From the IMG/VR virus record IMGVR_UViG_3300028854_000488: a stretch of 64,000 nucleotides of DNA. The stretch is one strand, 5' to 3'. Made by a program: the position numbers and the translations under genes. Below are positions 1-10,141 of this stretch, piece after piece; the first letter of the stretch is position 1, and each line of letters starts with the position of its first letter. The notes beneath the pieces are model-generated. The model did not search any database. It was not told the origin of the DNA and saw only the letters and a list, made by a program, of their open reading frames with translations. The stretch comes from a virus (lineage: Duplodnaviria; Caudoviricetes).

Positions 1-1701
1 TTTATAAAGAAAATAGATTTACAATCAGGTAAGATTTCAGAAGAAGAAAATCAAGAAAATAAAGAATCAAATGAAAATGAAAATGAAGTTTCTTTTGAAT
101 CTATTAAAAAAGATATAGGGGAAGATTTATTTAATAAAATGATGAATGGTTCAGAAGGAGAGGATGTTGAAGAATTGATAAAAAAATCAGGAATAAAAAC
201 AGATAATGATATACCAATAATAAAAAGTATTAACGATGTAAAAGAAGTTATTGACAAGGAAGAATATGATAAAATGAAAACTGAAACATATGAGTTTTTG
301 AAAAAAAATATTCAATTTTTTGATGATATTAAGAAAAGTGCAGATGAAGGTGATGAAGAATCAAAAAAGAAGCTTGATATGATAAAGGCAATTTATGTTA
401 ATTATGAAATAGTTAAAAAATTAAAAGAAAAAGAAACTAAAAATGAAAAAGCACCAGATGAAGCATCAGTAACAAATGAAGCATTAGCTAAACTTAGAAC
501 AGATTCTAGTGCTGGTAAAATAGGAATAGATTCAAATAAACCAACGATTAGTCCAGCGGCTAATCCGAAATCAATAATTAAAAGTTTTGTTAGTGTAAAA
601 AGTATTATAACTAAAAGAGATCAAGATAAATATAAAGAACGTGAAGCTGATTTTTCTTTGCCAATATCTTCTATAAATTTAGCAGAAATAGAAAAAACAA
701 TTGCTAGAAATGATGCTGCAATGAAGGAAGTATCATCAAATGTAAATTCTGAAAGTTTAAAAGTAATTCAACTTACAGCAAAAGATTTATTTGTTACAAA
801 AGAACAAAATGTTGAAACAGAAAAATTGAAATTGAGATGGGATAAAGAATTATCTAAAGTTTATGCAAGTTTTTCATTATTAATGGATATACCGAGTGTT
901 GATATTAGAGAAGGTTCATATGGCTCAGGATTAAATTTATCTGGAACTACAATAAAAGCAAATAAAGAAATAAAAAAGTTTGAAAATGATTCTGAATCAT
1001 TGAAAATTGGAGATAATTTAGGAGATTCATTAAATCAATCTGAAACTAAGATAGGAGGATTAGAAGGCAATTGGCAATATTGTATATTTGAGTATCAAGG
1101 AATTAATTATAATGCTACAATAGCTCCGATTAGTTCTGCTCCTTCAAATGGATTCTATATGTTTATGATTACTCAAACAATAAAGAAAATAGAAAATAAT
1201 ATTGTCACTTCAAATTTTAAAGAATTTGAAAAATTATTTTCATCCACTAATTTTGCAAATGTTAATTTAAAAAAAGATGATGTAATTAATATATATTTTA
1301 TGTTAAAGAAAGGAGCAAGTTTACCATCAGGAACAAGTGCTAATACTAATGGGCAAAGTAATAGTTTTTTGGTTTTTAATAATTATATTAGTTCTGACAA
1401 CCAAACAAACAAATTGTTTTTATGTGAGCCATCAGGTGAAAAATTTATAGCTGATTTGGAATTAAGTAATCCTAGTAATACTTTTGATGGTGTAATAGCC
1501 AGCAATTATCAAAAAGATAAAATTAATATTAAGAGTTGCCGTAAATTTGATAGAGTTAAATTTTGGTGGAAAGCATTAAATTTTATAACTGATTCTAATG
1601 ATAAGAAATTCTGTGCTTTTAAAGATGAAGAAAGTTCACCTAAATTTTGGGATAATAAAGTAGTATTAGATAATTTGAAAAAAATTGCATCTAAATTTTA
1701 A
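1..1701 (+). CDS. Large hypothetical (probably virion) protein, 5'-truncated by the window edge
   Basis: Frame 1 is open from base 1 to TAA at 1699-1701, so the true start lies upstream of the window (track start 139 is internal). Confidence 0.7.
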   Translation, partial: FIKKIDLQSGKISEEENQENKESNENENEVSFESIKKDIGEDLFNKMMNGSEGEDVEELIKKSGIKTDNDIPIIKSINDVKEVIDKEEYDKMKTETYEFLKKNIQFFDDIKKSADEGDEESKKKLDMIKAIYVNYEIVKKLKEKETKNEKAPDEASVTNEALAKLRTDSSAGKIGIDSNKPTISPAANPKSIIKSFVSVKSIITKRDQDKYKEREADFSLPISSINLAEIEKTIARNDAAMKEVSSNVNSESLKVIQLTAKDLFVTKEQNVETEKLKLRWDKELSKVYASFSLLMDIPSVDIREGSYGSGLNLSGTTIKANKEIKKFENDSESLKIGDNLGDSLNQSETKIGGLEGNWQYCIFEYQGINYNATIAPISSAPSNGFYMFMITQTIKKIENNIVTSNFKEFEKLFSSTNFANVNLKKDDVINIYFMLKKGASLPSGTSANTNGQSNSFLVFNNYISSDNQTNKLFLCEPSGEKFIADLELSNPSNTFDGVIASNYQKDKINIKSCRKFDRVKFWWKALNFITDSNDKKFCAFKDEESSPKFWDNKVVLDNLKKIASKF

Positions 1702-1720
1702 ATAAAATATAAAATATAAA

Positions 1721-2869
1721 ATGAAAAAAAAATATTCAGATTTCATGTTAAATGAACAAGATACATCAACAGCGGTAGCTCCTATTACAACAAAAAAAGA
1801 TGATGTAGTTAATGATTCAACATCAATCAATTCAGTCAATCCTGATGTATCAGGTGATAAAAAAATAACAACTGAACAAGATTCAGGTGAAGAAAAAAAA
1901 GAAGAAGATGATGTACAACCTGAAAATTCAATTTCTAATTTTGATAAATTAAAAGGAGAAGAAATTATTAAAAAAATTAGTGATTTTTGGATAAATAAGG
2001 TAATAACAGAAAATCAATTGAATTTTTCTGGTAATACTTTAAAAACTCTTTATAAAAAAGAAAAAAATCCAAAATATTCTAAATATAAACAAACAATCAA
2101 TGAAGTTATCGCTGATAAAACAGCAGATTGTACAAAAAAATTTATAGATTCTGATGCAGGAGATATGTTTTTTTATAAAAAATATCCAGTTAAATTAGTT
2201 AAAAAAGGATTAGAAGGTAATCCTAGTATTATATCATTTTTTAAAAGTAATGATGATAATGATTATAATTCAAAATTAAAAGAAATTATAAATAGTAAAG
2301 AATATGTAGATAGTTCAAATTTAGAAGAATATCAAAAGAAATTAAAATTAGAAGAATTTGAACTTATGACTGATATTGACGAAGAACATATTTATATGTA
2401 TAAAGAACAGCCAGTTGAATTTAAAATTGAGAATGGTGAAATAAAAAGTATGATTGATGCAGATACAAATAAAAATATTAGTTTATATGATGAAAATAAT
2501 AAACCTATATTTGATATAACAAAATTAAAAAAATATAATAAATCGGATAAATCAAATACATCAACAAGTACAACAACTAATCAATCATCAAGAACAGAAG
2601 TAGTAACAACATCAGGAACAACAGTTGCACCAATAACAGAGGTAGTACCAATATCAGGAACAACAGTAACAACAGTTGCAACAGGAACAACAGTAGTAAC
2701 AACATCAGGAACAACAGTTGCACCAGGATCAATCACACAAAAATCAAATGTAGGTACTCAAAAAAATACAAATATAATAAAAAATTTAAATGATTTTAAT
2801 AAGAATAGAGGATATAATTCAACTAAAAAGAATACATTAGATAAAAATAAAAATAAAAATACATTTTAA
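1721..2869 (+). CDS. Hypothetical protein with CTS-like N-terminus and Thr-rich repeats
   Basis: MKKKYSDFMLNE start; VVTTSGTTVAP-type repeats near the C-terminus. Confidence 0.7.
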   Translation: MKKKYSDFMLNEQDTSTAVAPITTKKDDVVNDSTSINSVNPDVSGDKKITTEQDSGEEKKEEDDVQPENSISNFDKLKGEEIIKKISDFWINKVITENQLNFSGNTLKTLYKKEKNPKYSKYKQTINEVIADKTADCTKKFIDSDAGDMFFYKKYPVKLVKKGLEGNPSIISFFKSNDDNDYNSKLKEIINSKEYVDSSNLEEYQKKLKLEEFELMTDIDEEHIYMYKEQPVEFKIENGEIKSMIDADTNKNISLYDENNKPIFDITKLKKYNKSDKSNTSTSTTTNQSSRTEVVTTSGTTVAPITEVVPISGTTVTTVATGTTVVTTSGTTVAPGSITQKSNVGTQKNTNIIKNLNDFNKNRGYNSTKKNTLDKNKNKNTF

Positions 2870-2870
2870 T

Positions 2871-3296
2871 ATGAAACATATAAATAATTATGAAATTTTT
2901 TTAGAAGATAATAATAATCCTAATACTTCACAAGGTTATATAAATTCATTATCTAATAAAGCAAAAATAAAGTCAGTTCAAAATAATAATCAGCCTAATA
3001 ATCATAAACCAACAGATGATGTAGATAATATATTACAAAACACTGAACAACAAAAACAAAATATTGTAGCAAAGAAAGATGTTATTGAAAAAGGATTATT
3101 ACAAAATATTCAAGATTTAGAGCCAGAAAATCAAAAAGAAGTTAAAACTCAGGTTCAAGATTATAAAACTCAGGTTCAAGAATTTGATAAGACAGTTCAA
3201 CAAATAGATAAATTAAATCAAACTCTTAAAAAATCTAATGTTAGACAAAAAAATAACCCTGATATGAAAACTGTAAGAACTCAAAATAAATTTTAA
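2871..3296 (+). CDS. Gln/Asn-rich coiled-coil protein with CTS-like N-terminus
   Basis: MKHINNYEIFLE start; tightly packed in the operon. Confidence 0.7.
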   Translation: MKHINNYEIFLEDNNNPNTSQGYINSLSNKAKIKSVQNNNQPNNHKPTDDVDNILQNTEQQKQNIVAKKDVIEKGLLQNIQDLEPENQKEVKTQVQDYKTQVQEFDKTVQQIDKLNQTLKKSNVRQKNNPDMKTVRTQNKF

Positions 3297-3302
3297 TTAT
3301 AA

Positions 3303-6290
3303 ATGTCTAAAATAGATGAAAAATATATAGAATCATTAGGTACATTCACCCATGCATTAGAGGAAATAGTAGAATTATTGAAAGAGCAGCAAAAAACTGG
3401 TAAGTCAGATGTAGTCAATGATTTTTTAAAAACTCCTATGGATAATTTGAGCCATGTTGTTAAAGATTTACAGAAAATTACTGAGCAAGGATTCAAAAAT
3501 GTTAGAGATGATAATCAAAAAATATTACAAAAAATAGATGGTATAAAGAAGCAAAAAGAATCTGGAATGTTTGAACATATAGAAGATCCTAAAAACAAAA
3601 ACAAAATTGTTGATGGTATCAAAGTTGTTGTTTTAATTGCAGCAGGTGTTTTAGCATTAGGATTAGCATTTAAAATAATAGGGAAAGTAGATTTTCTTTC
3701 TGTTATTGCATTATCCGCAGCGATGGTTGGTATGTCTATTGCTTATAATAAGATTGCTGATATAAAAAATTTAAAATATACTAACGTACTTTTAATATCT
3801 GCTATTATGCCATTAATGGCGATTGGATTAGCGTTATCTGGATATATATTAAAAAGTATGCCTGAATTTTCAATAATGCAATCAATATCTATTATGCTTA
3901 TTAGTACTGCAATGGGATTAGCAACTTATTTTATAATGAAATCAATTTCTAAGATTAGTATATCATCAATAAAAATGATACCATTACTTCCTTTGATTTT
4001 ACCAATGATAGCTTGGGGTATTGTAAAATCTTCACAAATTTTAAAGAATGTAGAGAAGATGTCATTTGCTCAAGTATTATCAGTAGGTATGATAGGATTG
4101 GCTTTGGGCGTAGCAACATTTGGTATTTCAATTGCATTGAAAGGATTAAAAAATGTAACATATAAAGAAATGTTGGCATTGCCATTTATGATACCATTAA
4201 TTGCTGGAGGTATTGTTTTGGCTAGTGAAATATTTAAAGGTTTTATTCCAATCAGTAATCCATTGGATTTATTAATTGGTAGTGCTGTTATTGGATTATC
4301 ATTATTGTTTTTTACTCCTGCAATTTATTTTTTAGGTAAAATGAAATTCGCTGATGTTCTTACTGGAGTCCTTATGATTTTACCTATGGCTTTTGCAATT
4401 ACACAATCTAGTATAATTTTTAGTAAATTTATACCTCTTAAAGATCCATTAAATATAGTTTTAAGTACATTAGCAATGGGATTGTCTATATTGATTTTTA
4501 CTCCTGCAATTTATGTTTTAGGTAAAATGTCTATCGAAGATTTACTTATTGGTATAGGTGGAAGTATATTAACTTCTATCGCAATTGTTGTTATAGCTAA
4601 TATATTTTCATCATTACCTACTAAAATGATTACTCCAGATTTTATGTGGACCTTATCTGCTGGATTAGCAGTGGGTGGATTCGCACTTATTGCTACTGTG
4701 GTTGGATTATTTGCTGGAACTGATCCATTTTTTTGGATTGGTCTTGCTGCAATTTTAGCTGTTGCAGGTACAATTGTAATAGTTTCTTATATGTTACAAG
4801 CAGGAAATTATACTAAATATCCGCCGTTAGATTGGGCATTAGGTGTTGGAGGATCATTAATAGCATTTAGTTCAGCTATGGTTATTGCATCAGTTGGAGG
4901 TATTGCTAGTGCAATATCAAAAGTATTTACAGGTGATGAAGATCCTTTAATTAAAATTGCTAATACTATGGTTGCAGTATCTTGGCTTTTACAAAACGGA
5001 AAATGGGAAAGTGGATATCCGAAATTAGAGTGGGCATTAGGAGTAGGTACTGCTTTTACAATGTTTGCTGCTGCATATGTTGCAATTACAGGATTACAAG
5101 GAATTAATAGAGTATTTTCATTTTTAACCCTACATAAATCTCAAAGTTTTAATGACTTTGTAATATCAGCGGCAAATGCTATGAAAACAGCAAATGCAGA
5201 ATTGTCAGGAGTTAATTGGGGAGCAGCAGGTAGTTATCCATCTAAGGATTATGCTGATGGAGTTGGTGGACTATTAAAATCATTTGCAGAAACATATGCA
5301 GTAGTATCTTTGGTAGGATCAAGTATATTTAGTATAAATCCTGAAAGTTTTGAAGTATTTGTTAAAAATGCTGCAAATTCTATGCTTGTAGCAAAAACAA
5401 TATTAGATTCTACAAATTGGACTAATGCTGGACATCCTACTAAAGAATATTCAGATGGAATTGGTAGCTTTCTTATATCAATGGCAACAGCATATTCTAA
5501 AGTTAATGACATTGGAATTATGCGTATTCTTGCTTCATTACTTGATGTTGGAGGTAAAATGTCAATTACAGATTTTGTAAGAGAATCTTCAACTGCTATT
5601 GTTTCTGCGTCTAATATATTATCAAAAGGAAATTTTACTAATATTCCAGATGCTACATATTTAACTAATTTTAATAATTTTTTAGTTTCAATGGCAAAAA
5701 ATATTAATGATTTTAATGTAAATATTAATGATTTAATGAATTTTACTAATAATTTAGGTATGTTATCTCCATCATTAATGTTATTATCAAATGCAACACA
5801 AAATCCTTTATCAGATCTTTATATACAAGGTTTTGATAAATTGGTTAAAATATTAAATAATATGCCAGACAAAAGTATTCAAATACATAAATTGGCAGAT
5901 TCTTTTGTCGATCTTTCTAATTCATTGAAAGATATCACAACTTTTGATAATTTATCAAAAGTATCCGCTAGCGTTGTTTTATTGAGTGCAGTTGATGATG
6001 CAAAATTACAAGTAATTCTAGATAAATTGAAAGATAATCAAGATACAATAAAAACAATTTATGGTAATTCATCAGCAACTCCAAATTTAGTTCAAACTAT
6101 TGGTAAAGCTTTTACTTCATTATTCGGAGACGATAAAATAGAAGCTAATAAAAAAGCAAATGAGCCAATTGTTGTTACAACTACAATTGAGCCTCAATTT
6201 TATACTGGTATAACAGAAATGATAAGTTTATTAAAAGGAATTAAAAATTCATTAGATAAACCAACACCAGCACCAAGTTTTCATAGATAA
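3303..6290 (+). CDS. Tape-measure-like protein with many hydrophobic segments
   Basis: 995 aa; long Ala/Gly/Ile/Leu-rich hydrophobic repeats (PL..L..S..G..L..FTPA.Y.LGKM) flanked by coiled-coil ends. Confidence 0.55.
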   Translation: MSKIDEKYIESLGTFTHALEEIVELLKEQQKTGKSDVVNDFLKTPMDNLSHVVKDLQKITEQGFKNVRDDNQKILQKIDGIKKQKESGMFEHIEDPKNKNKIVDGIKVVVLIAAGVLALGLAFKIIGKVDFLSVIALSAAMVGMSIAYNKIADIKNLKYTNVLLISAIMPLMAIGLALSGYILKSMPEFSIMQSISIMLISTAMGLATYFIMKSISKISISSIKMIPLLPLILPMIAWGIVKSSQILKNVEKMSFAQVLSVGMIGLALGVATFGISIALKGLKNVTYKEMLALPFMIPLIAGGIVLASEIFKGFIPISNPLDLLIGSAVIGLSLLFFTPAIYFLGKMKFADVLTGVLMILPMAFAITQSSIIFSKFIPLKDPLNIVLSTLAMGLSILIFTPAIYVLGKMSIEDLLIGIGGSILTSIAIVVIANIFSSLPTKMITPDFMWTLSAGLAVGGFALIATVVGLFAGTDPFFWIGLAAILAVAGTIVIVSYMLQAGNYTKYPPLDWALGVGGSLIAFSSAMVIASVGGIASAISKVFTGDEDPLIKIANTMVAVSWLLQNGKWESGYPKLEWALGVGTAFTMFAAAYVAITGLQGINRVFSFLTLHKSQSFNDFVISAANAMKTANAELSGVNWGAAGSYPSKDYADGVGGLLKSFAETYAVVSLVGSSIFSINPESFEVFVKNAANSMLVAKTILDSTNWTNAGHPTKEYSDGIGSFLISMATAYSKVNDIGIMRILASLLDVGGKMSITDFVRESSTAIVSASNILSKGNFTNIPDATYLTNFNNFLVSMAKNINDFNVNINDLMNFTNNLGMLSPSLMLLSNATQNPLSDLYIQGFDKLVKILNNMPDKSIQIHKLADSFVDLSNSLKDITTFDNLSKVSASVVLLSAVDDAKLQVILDKLKDNQDTIKTIYGNSSATPNLVQTIGKAFTSLFGDDKIEANKKANEPIVVTTTIEPQFYTGITEMISLLKGIKNSLDKPTPAPSFHR

Positions 6291-6424
6291 TTTTAATAAT
6301 ATTTTTATCTTATAATTAAACTTTAATTTAATTCTAACCTATAAGTAATTGAAATAAATATTTTGATATAGTATTTATTTCAATTGAACCAATATCAATA
6401 AATATATAAATAAAAAAAGAAGAT

Positions 6425-6850
6425 ATGAAAAGATTTTTATATTTGATAAGATATTTTAAACTTCTTAAGAAGAATAAAAAATTTTTAGCAGATTCAAGGA
6501 TTAATAAAAATATTAATCCTTATGGAATACAATATGATTGGATAGGTAGATTATATACAGTATTAAATTTACCTTTAGATGATAAAGAAAATATGGACAA
6601 ATATGGATATTATTATATTGATAATATGGTTCGAAATCATGTTGTTGAAATTAATAATTTTTTATTTGAATTAGGAATTTTAGAATATGTAGAACTAGAT
6701 ACAGATAATATTCAACAAATAGATGATTTGAATGTAAGAATAGTATTGAAATTTAAATATCTTAATCTTAAATTTTTTGCAAGATTTTTTGTAGGAACTA
6801 TAATATTATTAATATTATTAGGATTTATATCTTTATTATTTTTTTTATAA
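6425..6850 (+). CDS. Hypothetical membrane protein
   Basis: C-terminal hydrophobic helix; TATATAAATA upstream. Confidence 0.65.
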   Translation: MKRFLYLIRYFKLLKKNKKFLADSRINKNINPYGIQYDWIGRLYTVLNLPLDDKENMDKYGYYYIDNMVRNHVVEINNFLFELGILEYVELDTDNIQQIDDLNVRIVLKFKYLNLKFFARFFVGTIILLILLGFISLLFFL

Positions 6851-6892
6851 ACTTTATTGAACATTTATAATATATTTAAAAAACAAAAAATT

Positions 6893-7330
6893 ATGGCAAA
6901 AGAACAATATCACGAATTAGCAGATTATATTATAGACTATTTTAAAGTCTTAGAAAAAAAATTGTGCATTCCAATAAATTTAAAATTTGTATTTCAAGCA
7001 GATGATAAACAAAAAACATTAGTAAAAATAGCTAAAATTAATGATAGATATGTAAGTCTATTAAACGCTGAATTATTGGTTAGTTTTAATGAAAATTTCT
7101 TTGATGCATTTGATGATGAAATAAAAAATATTTTAATTGATCAAGAATTAGCATTAATTGAAGCTGATCTTGAAAAAGGAACTATCAAATTAGGTAAAGC
7201 AGATTTAATAACATCATATGGTATTATTAATAGATATGGAGTTGAAGCAGTAGAACGAGCAAATAAATGTAGAGATTTATATAATAGTCAGCAAGCAGAG
7301 AAAGAAAAAGAAGCAAAATCAAATAAATAA
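6893..7330 (+). CDS. Phage metallopeptidase-like protein, probably inactive
   Basis: ILIDQELALI aligns by eye with the L(I/V)DHELxH motif of phage metallopeptidases with both His lost; ATG at 6893 preferred over TTG 6857. Confidence 0.4.
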   Translation: MAKEQYHELADYIIDYFKVLEKKLCIPINLKFVFQADDKQKTLVKIAKINDRYVSLLNAELLVSFNENFFDAFDDEIKNILIDQELALIEADLEKGTIKLGKADLITSYGIINRYGVEAVERANKCRDLYNSQQAEKEKEAKSNK

Positions 7331-7353
7331 ATAACAAAAATAAATAAATAACA

Positions 7354-8121
7354 ATGGAAGAAAAAAAATTTTTTAATTTTAAGAGTGACGAAACATTCAA
7401 TTTAAACGAAGAGTATACAAAATTATTTGTAGATGGAGATGATAAAAAAATTAGTTCAAATGATACTAAAATTAAAGATGCAGAAAAAATTATAGAAGAA
7501 ACTGGATCGAAATATATTGAAAGTACATCACTTCAAAAATATGAATATTTGTTTACAAATTTAGATGTATTTTTGAATAGATTTCAAACTGATTCAGATG
7601 AAGTTAAAAATATGACTAAAGATGATAGGGATAAATTATTTGGATATGGAAGAGAATTATTTTCAACATATCAAACTCAATATAGTTCATTGAATTTTAA
7701 TTTTGAACTTTCTATGAAGGAATGGAATTATATGGATAATATTTTAACTAAAAAATTATCATATAATGGAAATGAACTTTTCAATTTTTGGGAACTTTTT
7801 ACTAAATTTATTGATCCAACTAGAAATTATATTAAAGCATTGCCTAAGGCCGCTGAATCATTTGTTCCAGTTTGTTCAATTCAAAGCTTAGTATTAGTGA
7901 GTCATCTATTGATGAAGCATGAAGAAAAAGGATCAACTGATCATTTCTTTTATTTTAAAAATATATTAACTGAGGTAGGATTGATGACTAGATTATTTAA
8001 TGCGTATGGCGTTGTATTAGAAAGATATACTAATATGTTTAATAATTGGGTAGATGCATTAAATGCAATGGATGGATATAATAATATAGATAGAACAGAT
8101 GATACAAGAACAGAATCATAA
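7354..8121 (+). CDS. Hypothetical protein
   Basis: 255-aa ORF, A-rich leader. Confidence 0.7.
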   Translation: MEEKKFFNFKSDETFNLNEEYTKLFVDGDDKKISSNDTKIKDAEKIIEETGSKYIESTSLQKYEYLFTNLDVFLNRFQTDSDEVKNMTKDDRDKLFGYGRELFSTYQTQYSSLNFNFELSMKEWNYMDNILTKKLSYNGNELFNFWELFTKFIDPTRNYIKALPKAAESFVPVCSIQSLVLVSHLLMKHEEKGSTDHFFYFKNILTEVGLMTRLFNAYGVVLERYTNMFNNWVDALNAMDGYNNIDRTDDTRTES

Positions 8122-8461
8122 TCACAGCAATAAAAAAGAAATTTTTTCTGAAATTAGAGACTTAATATATAAAAATACCGAAACTGATATTAATATAAGT
8201 GAAGTTAAGATTTCATTATTGAAAAATCCTAATATTGTTAATGAGATAAAAAATCTCAAGATTATTGAATTAGATAATCTTGAAGATTTTTTATCCTATG
8301 TGAATTATGATCACTATCTTATATTTAAATTTAATAATTTTTATTATTTCTGTGATACAGAACTTACTTCATATTTAGAAAAACTTAGTTTGATTAAAAT
8401 GATTGATTTTTCAAAGTATCTCAGAAAAGATAAAATAAATAACATAGAAAAATTTAATTAG
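8099..8461 (+). CDS. Hypothetical protein with RKxKLxxL C-terminal tag
   Basis: Ends YLRKDKINNIEKFN. Confidence 0.65.
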   Translation: MIQEQNHNHSNKKEIFSEIRDLIYKNTETDINISEVKISLLKNPNIVNEIKNLKIIELDNLEDFLSYVNYDHYLIFKFNNFYYFCDTELTSYLEKLSLIKMIDFSKYLRKDKINNIEKFN

Positions 8462-8486
8462 TAAATAATAAAATAAAAAATATAAT

Positions 8487-8795
8487 ATGCCAAAATCAAA
8501 AAATAATAAAACTCATAAAGCTAGATTAGCATCTTACAACGCTAATAAGAAAAAACAGCAAGAAATTTTAAAAAAGAAAATGATGGATGAATATCTTAGA
8601 CTTCAACAAGATAAGATGAAAGAACAAGCTCATACATCAACAGAAGACGTAACTGGTCCAGAAATTAATATTGATGAATTGAATAATTATGATGAAAGTC
8701 CAGATATAGACTTCAATAATATATCTGTCGAATCAGAAATTGATTTAGAGCCTGAAAGTAATACAAATGAAGAATTATTAAAATCAGATAATTAA
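8487..8795 (+). CDS. Hypothetical protein (basic N-terminus, acidic C-terminus)
   Basis: ORF in the + strand operon. Confidence 0.65.
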   Translation: MPKSKNNKTHKARLASYNANKKKQQEILKKKMMDEYLRLQQDKMKEQAHTSTEDVTGPEINIDELNNYDESPDIDFNNISVESEIDLEPESNTNEELLKSDN

Positions 8796-8804
8796 TTTAA
8801 TCAT

Positions 8805-9854
8805 ATGATAACCATAACAAATAATAATATATATTATAGTGAAGAATCAATTTCATATTTATCATCAATAGATGAAGCTGATATTGTAAATCCAAATGAT
8901 ATAATACTTTTCCTATCTGATACAGTAGAATTAGGCGAAAATTTAATATTTAAAAGATTATTCGATATTGTATCATATAATGTTAATGATTTTAATGATA
9001 TTTTTTACTCATCACTAGGAGGATATTATATCGATCCTTTTCTTCAAGAAATTGAGAATAATATAACAGATAAAATCGACATGGATTATCTTGAAGTTAA
9101 TTGGAATTGTAATAAATATGATAATGAATTAACCGCTACTCCAACTATTCAAGGTGTATCAAACGATTATACTAAATTTTATGCAATAGATTTTATATCT
9201 CTTAATAATATTAAAAATTTAAATATTTCAATTAATAATAATTTTACTGTATATGATTATAATAAATTAATAGATGGACAAATAGAAGAAGATTCAATAA
9301 CGAATTTGGGGGAAAAATCATTTACTGTTTTTGATTTATATAATGCAATATTTAGTGAAATAACATTTCATGGAGGTCCTCTTGATAAAAAAGAGAGATT
9401 TGAAAATTTAGAAAAATGTATTGACGAAGATGATGATGATGATTTTAATATTGATGATTATAAAGAGTTGAAAAAATCTACAATAGATGAACTAATTGAT
9501 AAATATGAAAAAGAAGATATTTATTTGGTTAAATATAAAGATTTTAGATGTAGAGTCGATGAAAATAGAATTAAAAATAAAGAAAATTTATCTAAATTAA
9601 AAAAATGCGTAAAAGATAAATTGATTATTTATGAAGATATTTTTAAACCTAATAAAAGTTATAAAAAATATTATAAAAAATTAACAAATATTGAATTTAA
9701 TATGCAGACATTGTACGGGGAAGATGAAGATATTATGTATCATAAATTTTGGGAAACTCCTATGTGCACATGTCCAAAAATTAATAATATAGAAATATAT
9801 CCTTCCAAAAAATATTTTGTTGATGATAATTGTCCAATACATGGTAAAAAATAA
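8805..9854 (+). CDS. Hypothetical protein with C-terminal Cys/His motif
   Basis: 349 aa; CTCP...CPIHG possible metal site. Confidence 0.7.
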   Translation: MITITNNNIYYSEESISYLSSIDEADIVNPNDIILFLSDTVELGENLIFKRLFDIVSYNVNDFNDIFYSSLGGYYIDPFLQEIENNITDKIDMDYLEVNWNCNKYDNELTATPTIQGVSNDYTKFYAIDFISLNNIKNLNISINNNFTVYDYNKLIDGQIEEDSITNLGEKSFTVFDLYNAIFSEITFHGGPLDKKERFENLEKCIDEDDDDDFNIDDYKELKKSTIDELIDKYEKEDIYLVKYKDFRCRVDENRIKNKENLSKLKKCVKDKLIIYEDIFKPNKSYKKYYKKLTNIEFNMQTLYGEDEDIMYHKFWETPMCTCPKINNIEIYPSKKYFVDDNCPIHGKK

Positions 9855-9857
9855 ATT

Positions 9858-9891
9858 AAAAAAGCTTCAGATTAAATCTGAAGCTTTTTTA
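9858..9891. terminator. Bidirectional intrinsic terminator
   Basis: AAAAAAGCTTCAG-ATTAAAT-CTGAAGCTTTTTT between convergent genes. Confidence 0.8.
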
Positions 9892-10141
9892 ATTTTTCTT
9901 TTCTTATATGCTTAATAGAATATTCTAAACATTCTTCCGATATACCTTCATATGTTATATGATTTATAGTTTTATTTGTTATAAAAACTGGATTTCCAGA
10001 ATCCCAATAATCTGTAAAATAACTAAATCTATCAATTGCTATAATTATCATTGAATTTTTATGATACCAAGGATATTCAATAATATCACTACAACATTCA
10101 TTACAAATAACTATATCTCCTATTTTAAACTTGTTCGTCAT
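9872..10141 (-). CDS. Small KOW/SH3-like protein with RKxKLxxL tag
   Basis: FKIGDIVIC start; ends IRKEKLKKLQI. Confidence 0.65.
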   Translation of the reverse strand: MTNKFKIGDIVICNECCSDIIEYPWYHKNSMIIIAIDRFSYFTDYWDSGNPVFITNKTINHITYEGISEECLEYSIKHIRKEKLKKLQI

